Positions 18,762 to 30,080 are shown, numbered from the whole stretch's first letter. The stretch is 59,033 bases of DNA, filler included, from 5 parts of 5 records of this genome joined end to end with filler, not necessarily neighbours in it, one strand, 5' to 3'. Made by a program: numbers and translations. Notes: a model not told the origin generated them from the letters alone.

Positions 18762-19241
18762 ATGAAAGGCGACGCCAAAGCGATTGAGTTCCTCAACCGT
18801 GCACTCGGCAATGAGCTGGTAGCGATTAACCAGTACTTCCTCCATGCCAAGATGTACCAGGATTGGGGCTTGCAGGCACTCTATGCCAAGGAATATCACG
18901 AATCCATCGATGAGATGAAGCATGCCGACATGCTGGTCGAGCGCATTCTGTTCCTGGAAGGCATTCCCAACCTGCAAGACCTGGGCAAGCTGATGATTGG
19001 TGAAAACACCAAGGAAATGCTGGAGTGCGATCTCAAGCTGGAGCAGATGGCTGTGCCAGACCTGCGTGAAGGGATTGCTTACTGCGAATCTATCCAGGAT
19101 TACATCAGCCGTAACCTGCTCAAGGATATCCTCGAATCCGAAGAAGAGCACATCGATTGGCTGGAGACTCAGCTCGGTCTTATCGATAAAGTTGGCCTGG
19201 AAAATTACATGCAAAAACAAATGGCTGCTGCAGAAAGCTGA
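18762..19241 (+). CDS. bfr: Bacterioferritin
   Basis: [25 protein letters not shown] (heme Met) and [11 protein letters not shown]. Confidence 0.97.
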   Translation: MKGDAKAIEFLNRALGNELVAINQYFLHAKMYQDWGLQALYAKEYHESIDEMKHADMLVERILFLEGIPNLQDLGKLMIGENTKEMLECDLKLEQMAVPDLREGIAYCESIQDYISRNLLKDILESEEEHIDWLETQLGLIDKVGLENYMQKQMAAAES

Positions 19242-19267
19242 TTGCCGAACTTTTAACCGATCTACGC

Positions 19268-19296
19268 TTGACTCACCGCGGGGCTTTCGGAATAAT
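19268..19296 (+). promoter_or_regulatory. Sigma70 promoter of tRNA-Arg
   Basis: TTGACT, 17-nt spacer, AATAAT, then a GC-rich discriminator. Confidence 0.6.
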
Positions 19297-19331
19297 GCGC
19301 AGCCTCTCGCGGCGTTACAGCAACGAGATCT

Positions 19332-19408
19332 GCACCGGTAGCTCAGCTGGATAGAGCAACTGGCTACGAACCAGTAGGTCGGGGGTTCGACTCCCTCCCG
19401 GTGCACCA
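19332..19408 (+). tRNA. tRNA-Arg(ACG)
   Basis: GCACCGGTAGCTCAGCTGGATAGAGCAACTGGCTACGAACCAGTAGGTCGGGGGTTCGACTCCCTCCCGGTGCACCA; anticodon loop CTACGAA. Confidence 0.97.
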
Positions 19409-19420
19409 TACGAATAAAAG

Positions 19421-19448
19421 AAGGCTCCCAATCGGGGGCCTTTTTTTA
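19421..19448 (+). terminator. Intrinsic terminator after tRNA
   Basis: AAGGCTCCC-AATC-GGGGGCCTT followed by a T run. Confidence 0.85.
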
Positions 19449-19811
19449 TGCCACTCTGCGGTCGCTGCACGCTTCACGCCGCATGCAACACGCTTCGCCA
19501 TCCTTCGCCCACTATGATGGGACCATCCCCCCGGCATTTCAGCCACCCCGTTGCACGTTAATACCCTGCATAGCGGTAATCGTTCCGTTATGGGTTAGTG
19601 GAATCTGTTCTGATGGCCGTCAATTGATCAAAACGACCACCTTGTTCCTTGCATGCCTCATTGCGGGTTGTCGACAATCTGTCTACATTGCCCTTAACCC
19701 CGCGAGAGCAATACCGGCTCACAAGGCCACCTTGATGCCCGCCCAAACGGCGGCGCCTTCGCTTTCGCACGCGGTGACTGAATCCGCTTTTGGAACCAAA
19801 AGGAGTGTTCC

Positions 19812-20051
19812 ATGAACGCTATGATGGCTCAGGGTGTCGAACTCATGCTGGTTGGTATGGGTGTCGTGTTTGTTTTTCTGATTGTGCTGGTGGCCGTGAC
19901 CACAGCTATGTCGACGCTGGTGCAGAAATTTGGTCGCGAGGAACCGGCGCCGCAGCCTGCTTCAGCCCCCCCGCAGGACATGCCTTCGCCGGCCATTATT
20001 AAAGCCATCGAAAAAGCGGTGCAGCAGCACCGTCAGTCTTCCCTGTCATAA
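19812..20051 (+). CDS. oadG: Oxaloacetate decarboxylase gamma subunit
   Basis: [18 protein letters not shown] helix, Pro/Ala linker and AVQQHR; operon position. Confidence 0.9.
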   Translation: MNAMMAQGVELMLVGMGVVFVFLIVLVAVTTAMSTLVQKFGREEPAPQPASAPPQDMPSPAIIKAIEKAVQQHRQSSLS

Positions 20052-20067
20052 ATACCGGATTATCCCC

Positions 20068-21867
20068 ATGAGTGACCTGAAACCGTTGGGCATTACTGAT
20101 GTGGTGCTACGCGATGCCCACCAGTCCCTGTTTGCCACCCGCATGCGTCTGGATGACATGTTGCCGATTGCCGCGGAGCTCGATGACATTGGCTTCTGGT
20201 CACTGGAATCCTGGGGCGGGGCGACCTTTGATGCCTGTATTCGTTATCTGGGGGAAGACCCGTGGCAACGCATCCGCGAATTGAAGCAGGCCATGCCGAA
20301 AACGCCGCAGCAAATGCTGTTGCGGGGGCAGAACCTGCTGGGCTATCGCCATTACGCGGATGATGTGGTGGATGCGTTTGTGGAACGTGCGGCGGAAAAC
20401 GGCGTGGATGTGTTCCGTGTGTTTGATGCGATGAACGACATGCGCAACATTGAGCGGGCCATCGCCGCGGTGGTGAAACAGGGCAAGCATGCCCAGGGCA
20501 CCATCGCGTACACGGTCAGCCCGGTGCACACCATGGACATGTGGGTGGAGCAGGGCAAAGTAATCGAACAGATGGGCGCGCATTCTGTTGCCATTAAGGA
20601 CATGGCCGGCCTGCTGCGCCCGGCTGTGGCGTTCGAGCTGGTAACGCGCCTTAAAGCCTCCCTGAATATTCCCGTGCACATGCAGTCGCACGCAACCACC
20701 GGGTTGTCTACTGCCACGGCCCTGAAAGCGGCAGAAGCGGGCATCGACAACGTGGACACTGCCATCTCGTCCATGTCGATGACCTATGGTCATAGCCCAA
20801 CGGAATCCGTGGTCGCCATGCTGGAAGGCACGGACCGGGATACCGGGCTGGATATCAAAAAACTGAATCGTATCGCCGGTTATTTTCGCGAGGTGCGCAA
20901 GAAGTACGCTGCCTTCGAAGGCAGCTTGCGCGGTGTGGATGCGCGCATCCTGGTGGCGCAGGTGCCAGGCGGCATGCTCACCAATATGGAGAGCCAGCTC
21001 AAGGAGCAGGGCGCAGCGGATCGGTTTGATGAAGTGCTGCAGGAAATTCCCGGCGTCCGTGAAGATCTGGGGTTCATCCCGCTGGTGACGCCCACCTCGC
21101 AAATCGTCGGCACCCAGGCGGTGCTCAATGTGCTCTCCGGCGAACGCTACAAAGTGCTCAGCAAGGAAACCCGCGGCATTCTGCGAGGCGAATACGGCGC
21201 TGCACCCGCACCCTACAATGCCGAGCTACAGAAACGGGCTCTGGACGGTGATGAGCCGGTTACCTGTCGCCCGGGTGATTTACTCGATAACGAGATGGAC
21301 AGTCTCCGTGAGGAAGTGCTGGCTCTGGCAAAAGACAAGGGCATAGCGCTGGAAGAAGGGCAGCGGTTGACTGATGACGTACTCACCTATGCGTTGTTCC
21401 CGCAAATTGGCCAACGGTTTCTGGAAAACCGGGGCGACGCCTCAGCGTTTGAAGCCGCGCCGGTTGAAGGTAAAGAAACGGCCAGCGGCGGCAGCCAGTC
21501 AGAAGGGGTTTATACCGTTGAGGTGGACGGCCAGCAGTACACGGTGAAAGTGAACGAGGGCGGTGAGGTAACCGGCCTGCGTGCGGTGGTTGGTGCCTCT
21601 GCTCCTGCGTCATCCGCACCCGCTCCAGGTAACCCGGCCAACAGCGTGCCGGTGCCTGCGCCGCTGGCGGGGAATATTTTTCAGGTACTGGTGAAGCCCG
21701 GTGATCAGGTCACCGAAGGTCAGAAAATCATGGTGCTGGAAGCCATGAAAATGGAAACGGATGTGTCCAGCACCAGCGCGGGTGTGGTCAGCGAGGTTGC
21801 CGTGAAAGAGGGCGACGCCGTAGCCGTGGGGCAAACCCTGCTCAGCGTGGAGCCCGCCAATGGATAA
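20068..21867 (+). CDS. oadA: Na+-translocating oxaloacetate decarboxylase alpha subunit
   Basis: [14 protein letters not shown] and EAMKME; flanked by oadG and oadB. Confidence 0.95.
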   Translation: MSDLKPLGITDVVLRDAHQSLFATRMRLDDMLPIAAELDDIGFWSLESWGGATFDACIRYLGEDPWQRIRELKQAMPKTPQQMLLRGQNLLGYRHYADDVVDAFVERAAENGVDVFRVFDAMNDMRNIERAIAAVVKQGKHAQGTIAYTVSPVHTMDMWVEQGKVIEQMGAHSVAIKDMAGLLRPAVAFELVTRLKASLNIPVHMQSHATTGLSTATALKAAEAGIDNVDTAISSMSMTYGHSPTESVVAMLEGTDRDTGLDIKKLNRIAGYFREVRKKYAAFEGSLRGVDARILVAQVPGGMLTNMESQLKEQGAADRFDEVLQEIPGVREDLGFIPLVTPTSQIVGTQAVLNVLSGERYKVLSKETRGILRGEYGAAPAPYNAELQKRALDGDEPVTCRPGDLLDNEMDSLREEVLALAKDKGIALEEGQRLTDDVLTYALFPQIGQRFLENRGDASAFEAAPVEGKETASGGSQSEGVYTVEVDGQQYTVKVNEGGEVTGLRAVVGASAPASSAPAPGNPANSVPVPAPLAGNIFQVLVKPGDQVTEGQKIMVLEAMKMETDVSSTSAGVVSEVAVKEGDAVAVGQTLLSVEPANG

Positions 21868-23158
21868 GTTGCAAACCCTCTGGCACAGCACCGGACTGTT
21901 TCACATGAGTGGCGGCCAGCTGGTCATGCTGCTGGTCTGCCTGGGCCTGCTGTGGCTGGCGATTCACAAAAAGTTCGAGCCCTTGTTGTTGTTGCCCATC
22001 GGCTTTGGTGGCCTGCTGGCGAATATTCCCATGGCCGGCCTGGCGGAATCGGCCATCAGCCAGGCGCTGCATTTTGGCTCTGTAGACCTGTTGGCTTCCA
22101 TGGCGCAGGTGCTGGGCATGGAGGCAGGAGCAGGGCGTGACGCGCTTTATACGGCCGCACAGGCGGCAGGGCCAGCGGTGCAGGACCAGCTGCATTATCT
22201 GGCCGTAAATGCCAATTACGGCGACGGTATTCTCTATCTCATTTATACCGTAGGCCTGACCACCGGTATTTTCCCACTGTTGATCTTCATGGGCGTGGGG
22301 GCGATGACGGATTTTGGTCCGCTGCTGGCTAACCCGCGCACCCTGCTGTTGGGTGCGGCGGCGCAATTTGGCATCTTTGCTGCCTTGCTTGGGGCGCTGG
22401 CGTTGAACTTTCTGGGCATGGAGTTCTCCCTGGCAGATGCCGCCGCCATCGGCATCATCGGTGGCGCCGATGGTCCCACCTCCATCTATGTCACCACCAA
22501 GCTGGCGCCGCATCTGCTTGGCGCGATTGCGGTGGCGGCTTATTCCTACATGGCGCTGGTGCCCATCATCCAGCCGCCGATCATTCGGGCGCTGACCTCG
22601 CAAAAAGAGCGGCAGATCAAAATGGAGCAACTGCGCCCGGTGAGTCAGGTAGAGAAAATTCTGTTCCCGATCCTGTTGCTGGTTCTGGTGGCGCTAGTGT
22701 TACCCGATGCGGCGCCACTGCTGGGCATGTTTTGCCTGGGTAACCTGATGAAAGAGTCCGGGGTGGTGAACCGGCTGGTGGACACCACCAGCAATGCCCT
22801 GATCAATGTGGTGACCATCATGCTGGGGCTGGCCGTGGGCTCTAAACTCAGCGCCGATAAATTCCTGGTGATGGAAACCCTGGGTATCCTGGCGCTGGGC
22901 CTGGTGGCGTTCATGATTGGCACAGCCACCGGCGTATTGATGGCCAAGCTGCTCAACCGCGTCAGTCGCCATCCGGTCAATCCCATCATTGGCGCCGCTG
23001 GCGTGTCCGCCGTACCCATGGCGGCACGGGTGGCGAACAAGGTCGGGCTGGACGCCAACCCCCACAACTTCCTGCTTATGCACGCCATGGGCCCCAACGT
23101 GGCCGGCGTCATCGGCTCCGCCGTTGCCGCCGGCGTCCTGCTCAACTTCGCCGGCTGA
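21860..23158 (+). CDS. oadB: Oxaloacetate decarboxylase beta subunit
   Basis: [31 protein letters not shown] and HAMGPNVAG. Confidence 0.97.
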   Translation: MDKLQTLWHSTGLFHMSGGQLVMLLVCLGLLWLAIHKKFEPLLLLPIGFGGLLANIPMAGLAESAISQALHFGSVDLLASMAQVLGMEAGAGRDALYTAAQAAGPAVQDQLHYLAVNANYGDGILYLIYTVGLTTGIFPLLIFMGVGAMTDFGPLLANPRTLLLGAAAQFGIFAALLGALALNFLGMEFSLADAAAIGIIGGADGPTSIYVTTKLAPHLLGAIAVAAYSYMALVPIIQPPIIRALTSQKERQIKMEQLRPVSQVEKILFPILLLVLVALVLPDAAPLLGMFCLGNLMKESGVVNRLVDTTSNALINVVTIMLGLAVGSKLSADKFLVMETLGILALGLVAFMIGTATGVLMAKLLNRVSRHPVNPIIGAAGVSAVPMAARVANKVGLDANPHNFLLMHAMGPNVAGVIGSAVAAGVLLNFAG

Positions 23159-23167
23159 TCCTCACCC

Positions 23168-23187
23168 GCGTGGCCTTCGGGCCACGC
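23168..23187 (+). terminator. UUCG hairpin after oadB (weak U-tail)
   Basis: GCGTGGCC-TTCG-GGCCACGC. Confidence 0.55.
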
Positions 23188-23243
23188 TATTCCTTCCTCT
23201 CCCATCCCTGTAAGAGTTCCCTTCCAGGGGACGAACCGCGCGA

Positions 23244-23343
23244 NNNNNNNNNNNNNNNNNNNNNNNNNNNNNNNNNNNNNNNNNNNNTTAATTAATTAAN
23301 NNNNNNNNNNNNNNNNNNNNNNNNNNNNNNNNNNNNNNNNNNN
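23244..23343. other. Artificial contig spacer
   Basis: N run with TTAATTAATTAA. Confidence 0.99.
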
Positions 23344-23415
23344 CATATTGTGCAAATGCAACAATCGCCAATTCACGGATTGGCGATGATTATCCCGATT
23401 TTTATAAGGTTTTTC

Positions 23416-23670
23416 ATGTCGTTTACTCCAGAAGACCCTTTCGACCTTGTTATTGATGCCCGTGGACTGATTTGTCCGATGCCAGTACTGAAGGCAAAGA
23501 AGGCGTTGCGCGATGTGCCGGTAGGCGGCGTTCTAAAGGTTTTGGCGACTGATCCGGGATCGGTTGCAGATATGAAATCCTTTTGCGATATGACAGGAAA
23601 CCGCCTGTTGTCATCGACACAAGAGGATGATGTGTTTATCTATCATATCGAGAATCTGGCCGCGAAATAA
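23416..23670 (+). CDS. TusA/SirA-family sulfur carrier
   Basis: IDARGLICPMPVL...LATDPGS. Confidence 0.9.
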   Translation: MSFTPEDPFDLVIDARGLICPMPVLKAKKALRDVPVGGVLKVLATDPGSVADMKSFCDMTGNRLLSSTQEDDVFIYHIENLAAK

Positions 23671-23700
23671 CCACAAGAACCGCGCCCGCCACGTCCGGAA

Positions 23701-24198
23701 ATGAAAGTTGCCGCCATGTCCGCCTCATCATCACCCCTGCAATGGGTTCATTGTGCCTTTGACGATATGACGCCGCGTCTGGTCCATGACCTTTTTCAAT
23801 TACGGCAACAGATTTTCATCATCGAACAGGAATGTCTTTTTCCCGATATCGATGGATTGGACCCGATTTGTCAGCATGTTCTGGGGTTGCTTGATGGCAG
23901 GGTGGTGGCAGCCGCGCGCATTGTGGCACCGGGTATTGATCCCGATCATTCCGCACAGGGGCAACATCCTGCAATCGGGCGTGTCGTTGCCAGCCCGGAT
24001 TTGCGCGGGCAGGGGATCGGCCGTAAACTGATGTTGCAGGCCATTGCATCCTGCGAAGACAGCTTTGCGGGTAAGGGCATTTTTCTGAATGCCCAACTGT
24101 ATCTTAAAAACTTCTACGAGGGGCTTGGCTTCATCCAGTTCGGTGAGGCGTTCTATGAAGATGGCATCGCCCACATATCAATGCTGCGTTCGGCCTGA
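23701..24198 (+). CDS. ElaA-like GNAT acetyltransferase
   Basis: LRQQIFIIEQ, IGRVV, RGQGIG, FYEGLGF and EDGIAH. Confidence 0.88.
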   Translation: MKVAAMSASSSPLQWVHCAFDDMTPRLVHDLFQLRQQIFIIEQECLFPDIDGLDPICQHVLGLLDGRVVAAARIVAPGIDPDHSAQGQHPAIGRVVASPDLRGQGIGRKLMLQAIASCEDSFAGKGIFLNAQLYLKNFYEGLGFIQFGEAFYEDGIAHISMLRSA

Positions 24199-24232
24199 TC
24201 GCGGGCGGTACGGCCGGTATGGCCGGTACGGT

Positions 24233-25603
24233 TTAGCGTAGGCCGACCGTTGCCATACCGGTAAAGAATTCAAGCTGCCACTTCATGTCTTCTTCGCTCA
24301 AGGGATATGCCTCGCCACGGGGATTAAGCGTCTGACCGGGCGGAACATGACCGAGTTTGACCTGAATTTTGACGGCCAGTTCGGCCGAAAGGCCGGCCTT
24401 CCATGCCAACGAAACAACCCCCTTGGCCGAATGGGTATTCAGGACCTTGCTTACCGCTTCTGGCGGAATTCCGGCAAGTACGGCCAAGGCGGCACGTGCC
24501 AGTTTGACATCATTGGCGGCTAATGCCTTGGCAACTTCCTTGTCGGTGAGTTTGCCTTTGCTATGCAGGGCCAAGGCCTTTTCGTAGGAGGATTCTTCTT
24601 CCTCTTCGCCTGCTGCGCCGTCTTTACCGTCTGCCTTGGCAGCGACTTTCTTTTCGGCCTCTTTTTGCTTGGCCTTGCGGGTTTCAACCGGGACTTCGTC
24701 GCGTTTGTCAAATTCGCCTGACGAAATGCGGCGATTGACCACTTCACGCACGGCTTCCAGCTGTTCCTTTTTCAGGTCTTTACGACGTTCAAGCACGCTG
24801 ATGAGGCTTTCGGCCACAAATCGCGCCAGTTTCCCGGCCGCTGTTGGTGGCAGTTGCGGGCGTTCAACCAATGGCTTGTGCCATTCGGGATAATCCGGGG
24901 CACGATCAATCAGCTGATCAAGCGTCTCTTCGCGGATTTGCGCCGATTTATTGCCCAGAAGGTGCGAAATCGCGTCCTTATCGCTACTTGCCGCAATCGC
25001 ATCAGCCAGTTTTTCGCCGACATTGCGTCTGCGCGAAATAAAGCTTAGCGATCCGCGCCCGGTGCTGCCTTCGATGATTTCAAGCAGGTCCGTTTCGGTC
25101 AGAACCGGCGAATATTGCAGCACTGGCCCGCACACGACACTTTCCGTATCGCGTGCCAATTGCTGAATGATCGGCTGCGGCGCGTTGGCGATATCCTTGA
25201 GCGTTTCGGAAATCACCTGACGGACATGGACGGCCTGATCACGGGCAAGCTTGTCCAGCGCCTCGTAGGTCATGCGGCGCAGCTTGTCCGACTCGTTGGG
25301 GGTCAGTCCGGCTGACAGATTGGCAATCTTTTCGGCCAGACTGCCACGAACGCTGTCATCCTTGTCGTCGGTCAGCAGGACGTCGGCTTGTACCGGGGTT
25401 GCCTGGTTTGCTGCAATATGACGCCGCACCTGGGAATCCGCATCACTTGCAAGATAGTACAGGATTTCGGGTTTGGTATCGTGACGCTGGGCCAGTACCC
25501 CGCGCACATTTGCATCCGGGCTGGCTGCCATATCCTTGGCTTCATCATACGTGATCGGGGTTTCCCGACGTTTGGTGAAGACCCTCTGCAAAAAGCCCTT
25601 CAT
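24233..25603 (-). CDS. DUF2336-family helical-repeat protein
   Basis: LARD...V.PVLQYSPVLTETDL and LLGNKSAQI match DUF2336; N-terminal LRV/HEAT-like repeats. Confidence 0.75.
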   Translation of the reverse strand: MKGFLQRVFTKRRETPITYDEAKDMAASPDANVRGVLAQRHDTKPEILYYLASDADSQVRRHIAANQATPVQADVLLTDDKDDSVRGSLAEKIANLSAGLTPNESDKLRRMTYEALDKLARDQAVHVRQVISETLKDIANAPQPIIQQLARDTESVVCGPVLQYSPVLTETDLLEIIEGSTGRGSLSFISRRRNVGEKLADAIAASSDKDAISHLLGNKSAQIREETLDQLIDRAPDYPEWHKPLVERPQLPPTAAGKLARFVAESLISVLERRKDLKKEQLEAVREVVNRRISSGEFDKRDEVPVETRKAKQKEAEKKVAAKADGKDGAAGEEEEESSYEKALALHSKGKLTDKEVAKALAANDVKLARAALAVLAGIPPEAVSKVLNTHSAKGVVSLAWKAGLSAELAVKIQVKLGHVPPGQTLNPRGEAYPLSEEDMKWQLEFFTGMATVGLR

Positions 25604-27339
25604 AGGGGTGTCTCCTGGTTTTCTATTTTTGCCGGTTCATCCGATCCGGGAGGGGCGGCAATACCGAAACTGCCTTTGCCGTGTTTTTTCACCTGATACA
25701 TGGTCTGATCGGCGCGAAGCACAAGTTGTTCAAGCGGTTCTTTGGATGCGGCATCGCGTACCGCAATACCGACCGAAATACCAAGCGGGCGATCTTTGGC
25801 ACCGGAAAATGATGATAAGGCTGCGCTTTTTTCCAGAAGGATGCGTGCGCGCTTCGCCGCGGTTTCCATATCGGCCCCATCCAGCCAGACGACAAATTCA
25901 TCGCCGCCAAGACGCGCGACCAAGTCAATCGGGCGGGTGTTGTCCAGAAGAATGCGGGTTAATGCCAGAATGGCCTCGTCGCCGGTCTGATGCCCGTGCA
26001 CATCGTTGACCAGCTTAAAATTATCCATATCAACATACATCAGTGCCGCGGGCATGTTGTCATGCAGCAGTCGGGCATGGCGACGACCGAGTTCGTCGAA
26101 AAAGGCACGCCGGTTCAATAGCCCGGTCAGACCATCGGTCCGCGACAGGGTGACGATCCGGTCATGCTGTGCGGCCTGTTCGATTGCAATGCCGATCTGA
26201 TCGGAAACCTCGGACATGATGGCGCGTTCGCCGTCATTCGGGACGGGGTGATCGGCATTGAAGATAAATATCACTGCACCATTCACCCGCTGATGATAGT
26301 GGGAGTGATGAGCAAGAACGCGATAGTTTTCGATTTCTGCTTCGAAAACGTCTTCGTTTTCGTCAAGCTGTTTCAAGGCCTGATTGGCAATCGGGTCAAT
26401 GTCTTCGGGGCCGTGACAGGCGACCATTTCGATCTCGTCGGTGTCTTCGTTGCGGCGAAAAATCGCGCATCCCGCACAGGCCAGCGCGCGCGCGCTGGCA
26501 TCGGCCGCCCCTTTCAGGACAAGGGTCGGATCTATTTCATCGCGCATGGTCCGCACGATATAGGTCATCAGCCGGTCACGGTTTCGCGCGGTGGCGACTT
26601 CGCTTTCTCGGCGGCGCTGTTCGGTAATGTCATGGGCAAGCCCGCGCGTGCCGGTCCAACGGCCATCACGCGTGTAAACCGGGGTCGAGGAAACGGCCAG
26701 ACAGGCGGCATTACCATTGGCGCGTTTAAGCCAGATCGGCACATCCCGAACGGCCTTTTGGCTGCGAAATACGATTTCGCTGTCCTGATCGGCAGTATCA
26801 AGCAGGAAATCAAGAGGTGACCGTCCGACGAGCTGTTCGGCCTTGTAGCCAAGTGCGCCGCGCGGCGAGACGAAAATGAATTTGCCGGTATCGTCGGTTT
26901 CCCATGCGAAGGCAGAGGATACTTCGACAATGTCACGGTAACGCTGGCGCGAATCAATCAAGGCCTCGCGCAGGTTACGATCCATACTGACATCACGTGG
27001 CAGCAGCAGGACACGGTTATCAGCCATTGGCAGGGCGGTCAGTTCAAGCGTTGCCGTGCCGCGCTGTACTTCGAAAGTCAGCAGTTCTACAACCCCGCCG
27101 GGTGTTGTGATCGCGCGCAAGACCAGTTTGTTGATTTCGGGGAATAGGCCGTCACGAATGCCTTCGGCGAAGCTTCGGGCATTTTTGTTGGCAAACAGGG
27201 GCGTTCCGTTCTTGTCCATGACCAGAACGGGGGCCTCTGCATCGGCCATGGTCTGTGGATCAAGGATGAAAACCTGTTCGGACGTCACATCGGTATGGTC
27301 AGACATTGCCTTCTCAGCATCCTTGTGGTGCCGGTTCAT
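25600..27339 (-). CDS. PAS-GAF-GGDEF diguanylate cyclase
   Basis: WETD PAS motif, GAF-like segment, DGLTGLLNRR, I-site RPID and GGDEF. Confidence 0.92.
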   Translation of the reverse strand: MNRHHKDAEKAMSDHTDVTSEQVFILDPQTMADAEAPVLVMDKNGTPLFANKNARSFAEGIRDGLFPEINKLVLRAITTPGGVVELLTFEVQRGTATLELTALPMADNRVLLLPRDVSMDRNLREALIDSRQRYRDIVEVSSAFAWETDDTGKFIFVSPRGALGYKAEQLVGRSPLDFLLDTADQDSEIVFRSQKAVRDVPIWLKRANGNAACLAVSSTPVYTRDGRWTGTRGLAHDITEQRRRESEVATARNRDRLMTYIVRTMRDEIDPTLVLKGAADASARALACAGCAIFRRNEDTDEIEMVACHGPEDIDPIANQALKQLDENEDVFEAEIENYRVLAHHSHYHQRVNGAVIFIFNADHPVPNDGERAIMSEVSDQIGIAIEQAAQHDRIVTLSRTDGLTGLLNRRAFFDELGRRHARLLHDNMPAALMYVDMDNFKLVNDVHGHQTGDEAILALTRILLDNTRPIDLVARLGGDEFVVWLDGADMETAAKRARILLEKSAALSSFSGAKDRPLGISVGIAVRDAASKEPLEQLVLRADQTMYQVKKHGKGSFGIAAPPGSDEPAKIENQETPL

Positions 27340-29165
27340 TTTCCGCCTCCGGTCGCATCGGCGGTTTGCGTGGTATTTGATGATCCGGTATTCACACTGG
27401 CAAGCGTTACAGGCGCGCCAAGATGATATCCTTGACCGTAATCAATGCCCAGATCGCGCACCAGTTCGAAGCTGGCCTGATCATAGATCATTTCTGCAAT
27501 TGTATGGATGCCAAGATCCCGGCAAAGCAGAGCCGTGGCCTTGATAAAGGCGCGGCCTTTGGGTTTGGCCAGAGCCGTTCGCATGGCACCGCCATCAAAT
27601 TTGATGATGTCGACGTCAAGCGCGCTCAGATATTCGAAATTGGCGGCACCCGCCCCGAAATCGTCAAGACAGACAAGATGCCCGCGGGCGCGCAGGCGTT
27701 GCAGACAGTCATTCACGTCGCGCAATCCGCGAATGCGCGACGTTTCTGTCACCTCGAACATGATTTTTGCCGGATCGATATCATAGCGATCCAGAATTTG
27801 TTCAAGTGCTGGCAGAAAATCCTGCTGTTCGAGCGAGTGGCCGGATAAATTAACCGCAACAGAATGAGTTACGCGTTCAGGTTCAAGCGTGACGTGATCC
27901 AGCACCTTCTGACACATTGCCAGATCGAATTCGGTGATCAATCCGGTGCCTTCGGCAAAATGAATGATCTGATCAACCGCAAGGGCGCTGCCGCCATCAT
28001 GGAACCGCGCCAATGCTTCGTAATGGTGCATTTCAAGGCTTTCGAGATGCACGATCGGTTGCAGTGCGACGGCAAAGGACCCATTCTGGACAATTTCGCG
28101 AAACGCCCGAACCGATTTCAGGGTTTCCTGAATAAGATGCGGCAAGCTTGCTGAAAGGCGTTCGGCCGATACATCCGAATCACCGCGATGCTGCAGACGA
28201 TTAAGCGCATATGCAACAGCACGCGTCAGATTGGTTTCTCTTTCACCATTTTCTATCGGTTGGCGGACATTCTGTGTGAGGCGGTGAAACCCGCTGGCAA
28301 GGTCATAGTCACGGCCAAACAGATCATTGTTGGTGAGTGTCGAAGCACCCGACGTGCCAGAACTGCCCGTGGCAAGGTTCAGATTTTTGAGAGGATCGGG
28401 GGCGTTTGCCGCATCGCTGCAATCCGGATCGTCAAGATCGGCGCGTAATGCACTGGCATAGGCGACAATTCGGCGTTCCAGTTCGATCATCGGCTCGTCA
28501 ACCAGATAACCGCCGTCTGGTTCAAGGTTTTCGAGGCTTCGGCGGTTGCCGATGCCAATCCCGATCAGGCGCGCAAGTTCGTTGGTCGCATCGGTTTCTG
28601 CCTGACTGCGAAGGGCGGCGAGGTTTTCAAGAACCACAAGGGCTTCGCTATGGCTTGAGGCCATGCGTGCGGCGGTTTCGGCCTGCTGGTCGTTCTTGCC
28701 TGTTTTTGAGCTTACCGCAGACAACGTGTTTTGCAGAATCAGGCGATCAATGCCCGATCGTGCGCGCGGACGTATCGCGCGATGGCGGGCCGCAATAAAA
28801 TAACGACCGATCGGTTCGGAAATCATATAGCCGCTAAGCGACAGGGGAACCGGATTGCCAAGGGCAATTCCATCATCCTCGATCAACTGAAAATCAAGAT
28901 CGAGTTCTTCAAGCCGTTTGATCCCGGAACTGGCATGAAGATAGGCCCGTAACAGCGGTCGTTCCGATTTTATGACCAGCTTATCAAGTGCCTCGCCGAT
29001 CAATCGTTCCGGCAGGCAGCCCAAAAGACTTTCGGTCGCACCGGCCACAAACAGGATGTATCCGTTCTCGTCGACTTCAAGCAGCATGTCCGCCCAGCAG
29101 AACGCCATGGCAGCCAGTAGGTCCCTGTCGTTTGTTTCTGCTGAATAGCTCATATTGTCCGTCAT
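27336..29165 (-). CDS. PAS + EAL c-di-GMP phosphodiesterase
   Basis: QPIV, YEALARF, VNLS, EVTET, DDFGAG, IKFDG, AE and QGY motifs. Confidence 0.9.
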   Translation of the reverse strand: MTDNMSYSAETNDRDLLAAMAFCWADMLLEVDENGYILFVAGATESLLGCLPERLIGEALDKLVIKSERPLLRAYLHASSGIKRLEELDLDFQLIEDDGIALGNPVPLSLSGYMISEPIGRYFIAARHRAIRPRARSGIDRLILQNTLSAVSSKTGKNDQQAETAARMASSHSEALVVLENLAALRSQAETDATNELARLIGIGIGNRRSLENLEPDGGYLVDEPMIELERRIVAYASALRADLDDPDCSDAANAPDPLKNLNLATGSSGTSGASTLTNNDLFGRDYDLASGFHRLTQNVRQPIENGERETNLTRAVAYALNRLQHRGDSDVSAERLSASLPHLIQETLKSVRAFREIVQNGSFAVALQPIVHLESLEMHHYEALARFHDGGSALAVDQIIHFAEGTGLITEFDLAMCQKVLDHVTLEPERVTHSVAVNLSGHSLEQQDFLPALEQILDRYDIDPAKIMFEVTETSRIRGLRDVNDCLQRLRARGHLVCLDDFGAGAANFEYLSALDVDIIKFDGGAMRTALAKPKGRAFIKATALLCRDLGIHTIAEMIYDQASFELVRDLGIDYGQGYHLGAPVTLASVNTGSSNTTQTADATGGGK

Positions 29166-29393
29166 ACGAGAACCATCACAAGCCTGACCCCCAAAAGCTT
29201 CGGATGAGTTCCGAAGTCGTTTTCCCTGTTCTTCTTAAATAGCGATCTTAAGGGGCAATATGAAGGAAAAGGACTTAATAAACAAAAAAAAGCCGGTGGA
29301 TACCGGGCATTGTGATTACACAGGGCTGGTTTGTGTCACGTGACGCAGACGGGAACCGTATTTCAAACGACAATACTGACATCGCAGTCACTG

Positions 29394-30080
29394 TCAGGCG
29401 GCGTTGTGGCTGCTTTCGGAATGGGGGCGTTTTGCGTGTTTGTTGGCATACATTGCGTCATCTGCCTGCTGCAAAAGCTGTGTGATATCGCTTTTGCCAC
29501 TATAGACGGTAAAGCCGAAGCTGGCTCGGATCGGAAGGGCTGCTCCCTGCCAAATTAGCGGGAAGCGCGATGTTGCTTTTTCAAGGTCACTTATCCGACG
29601 TTCTGCGACTTCGGGAATGCTGCCGACCAGCAGGATGGCAAATTCGTCACCACCAAAGCGGGCGACAAAATCATCAGCGCGTGTATGTGTGCGAAGGTTT
29701 TGGCCGAAATGGCGCAGGATGGCATCGCCAGCGGCATGGCCATGGTGATCATTGATCAATTTGAAGCCGTCAAGATCGGCAATGACCAGAATGCCGTTTT
29801 CCGGGTGACGGGCGGCACGTGCCATGGTTTCGCGAACACGACGCAGGAAACCGCGACGGTTATAGAGACCTGTCAACTCGTCGGTTTCGACCATTTGTTC
29901 AAGCTGTCGGATGCGGTTCTGCTGCTGGTCGAGACGATTTTGCATGTCGCGTGCAAGATCAACAAGTGTCGCAAATGCATCCGTGCTTTCGGCTTCAACT
30001 GTGGCACGGGTGTTAACATCCGTTCGCGGTTGAAACTCGTCAGCCAGTTTTTTCAGAAGCTCTAGATGAGAGTTGTTCAT
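29394..30080 (-). CDS. Small coiled-coil GGDEF diguanylate cyclase
   Basis: DELTGLYNRR, I-site RADD, GGDEF and ADDAMY. Confidence 0.92.
   Translation of the reverse strand: MNNSHLELLKKLADEFQPRTDVNTRATVEAESTDAFATLVDLARDMQNRLDQQQNRIRQLEQMVETDELTGLYNRRGFLRRVRETMARAARHPENGILVIADLDGFKLINDHHGHAAGDAILRHFGQNLRTHTRADDFVARFGGDEFAILLVGSIPEVAERRISDLEKATSRFPLIWQGAALPIRASFGFTVYSGKSDITQLLQQADDAMYANKHAKRPHSESSHNAA

Noticed and set aside
18729-19409. 226-aa ORF antisense to bfr and tRNA-Arg
   Set aside because: Overlaps two well-supported genes on the opposite strand.
24204-24232. Short CGGTAYGGC tandem repeats as a mini-CRISPR
   Set aside because: Only about three 9-nt units, no spacers and no cas genes. 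No CRISPR array was seen anywhere in the window.
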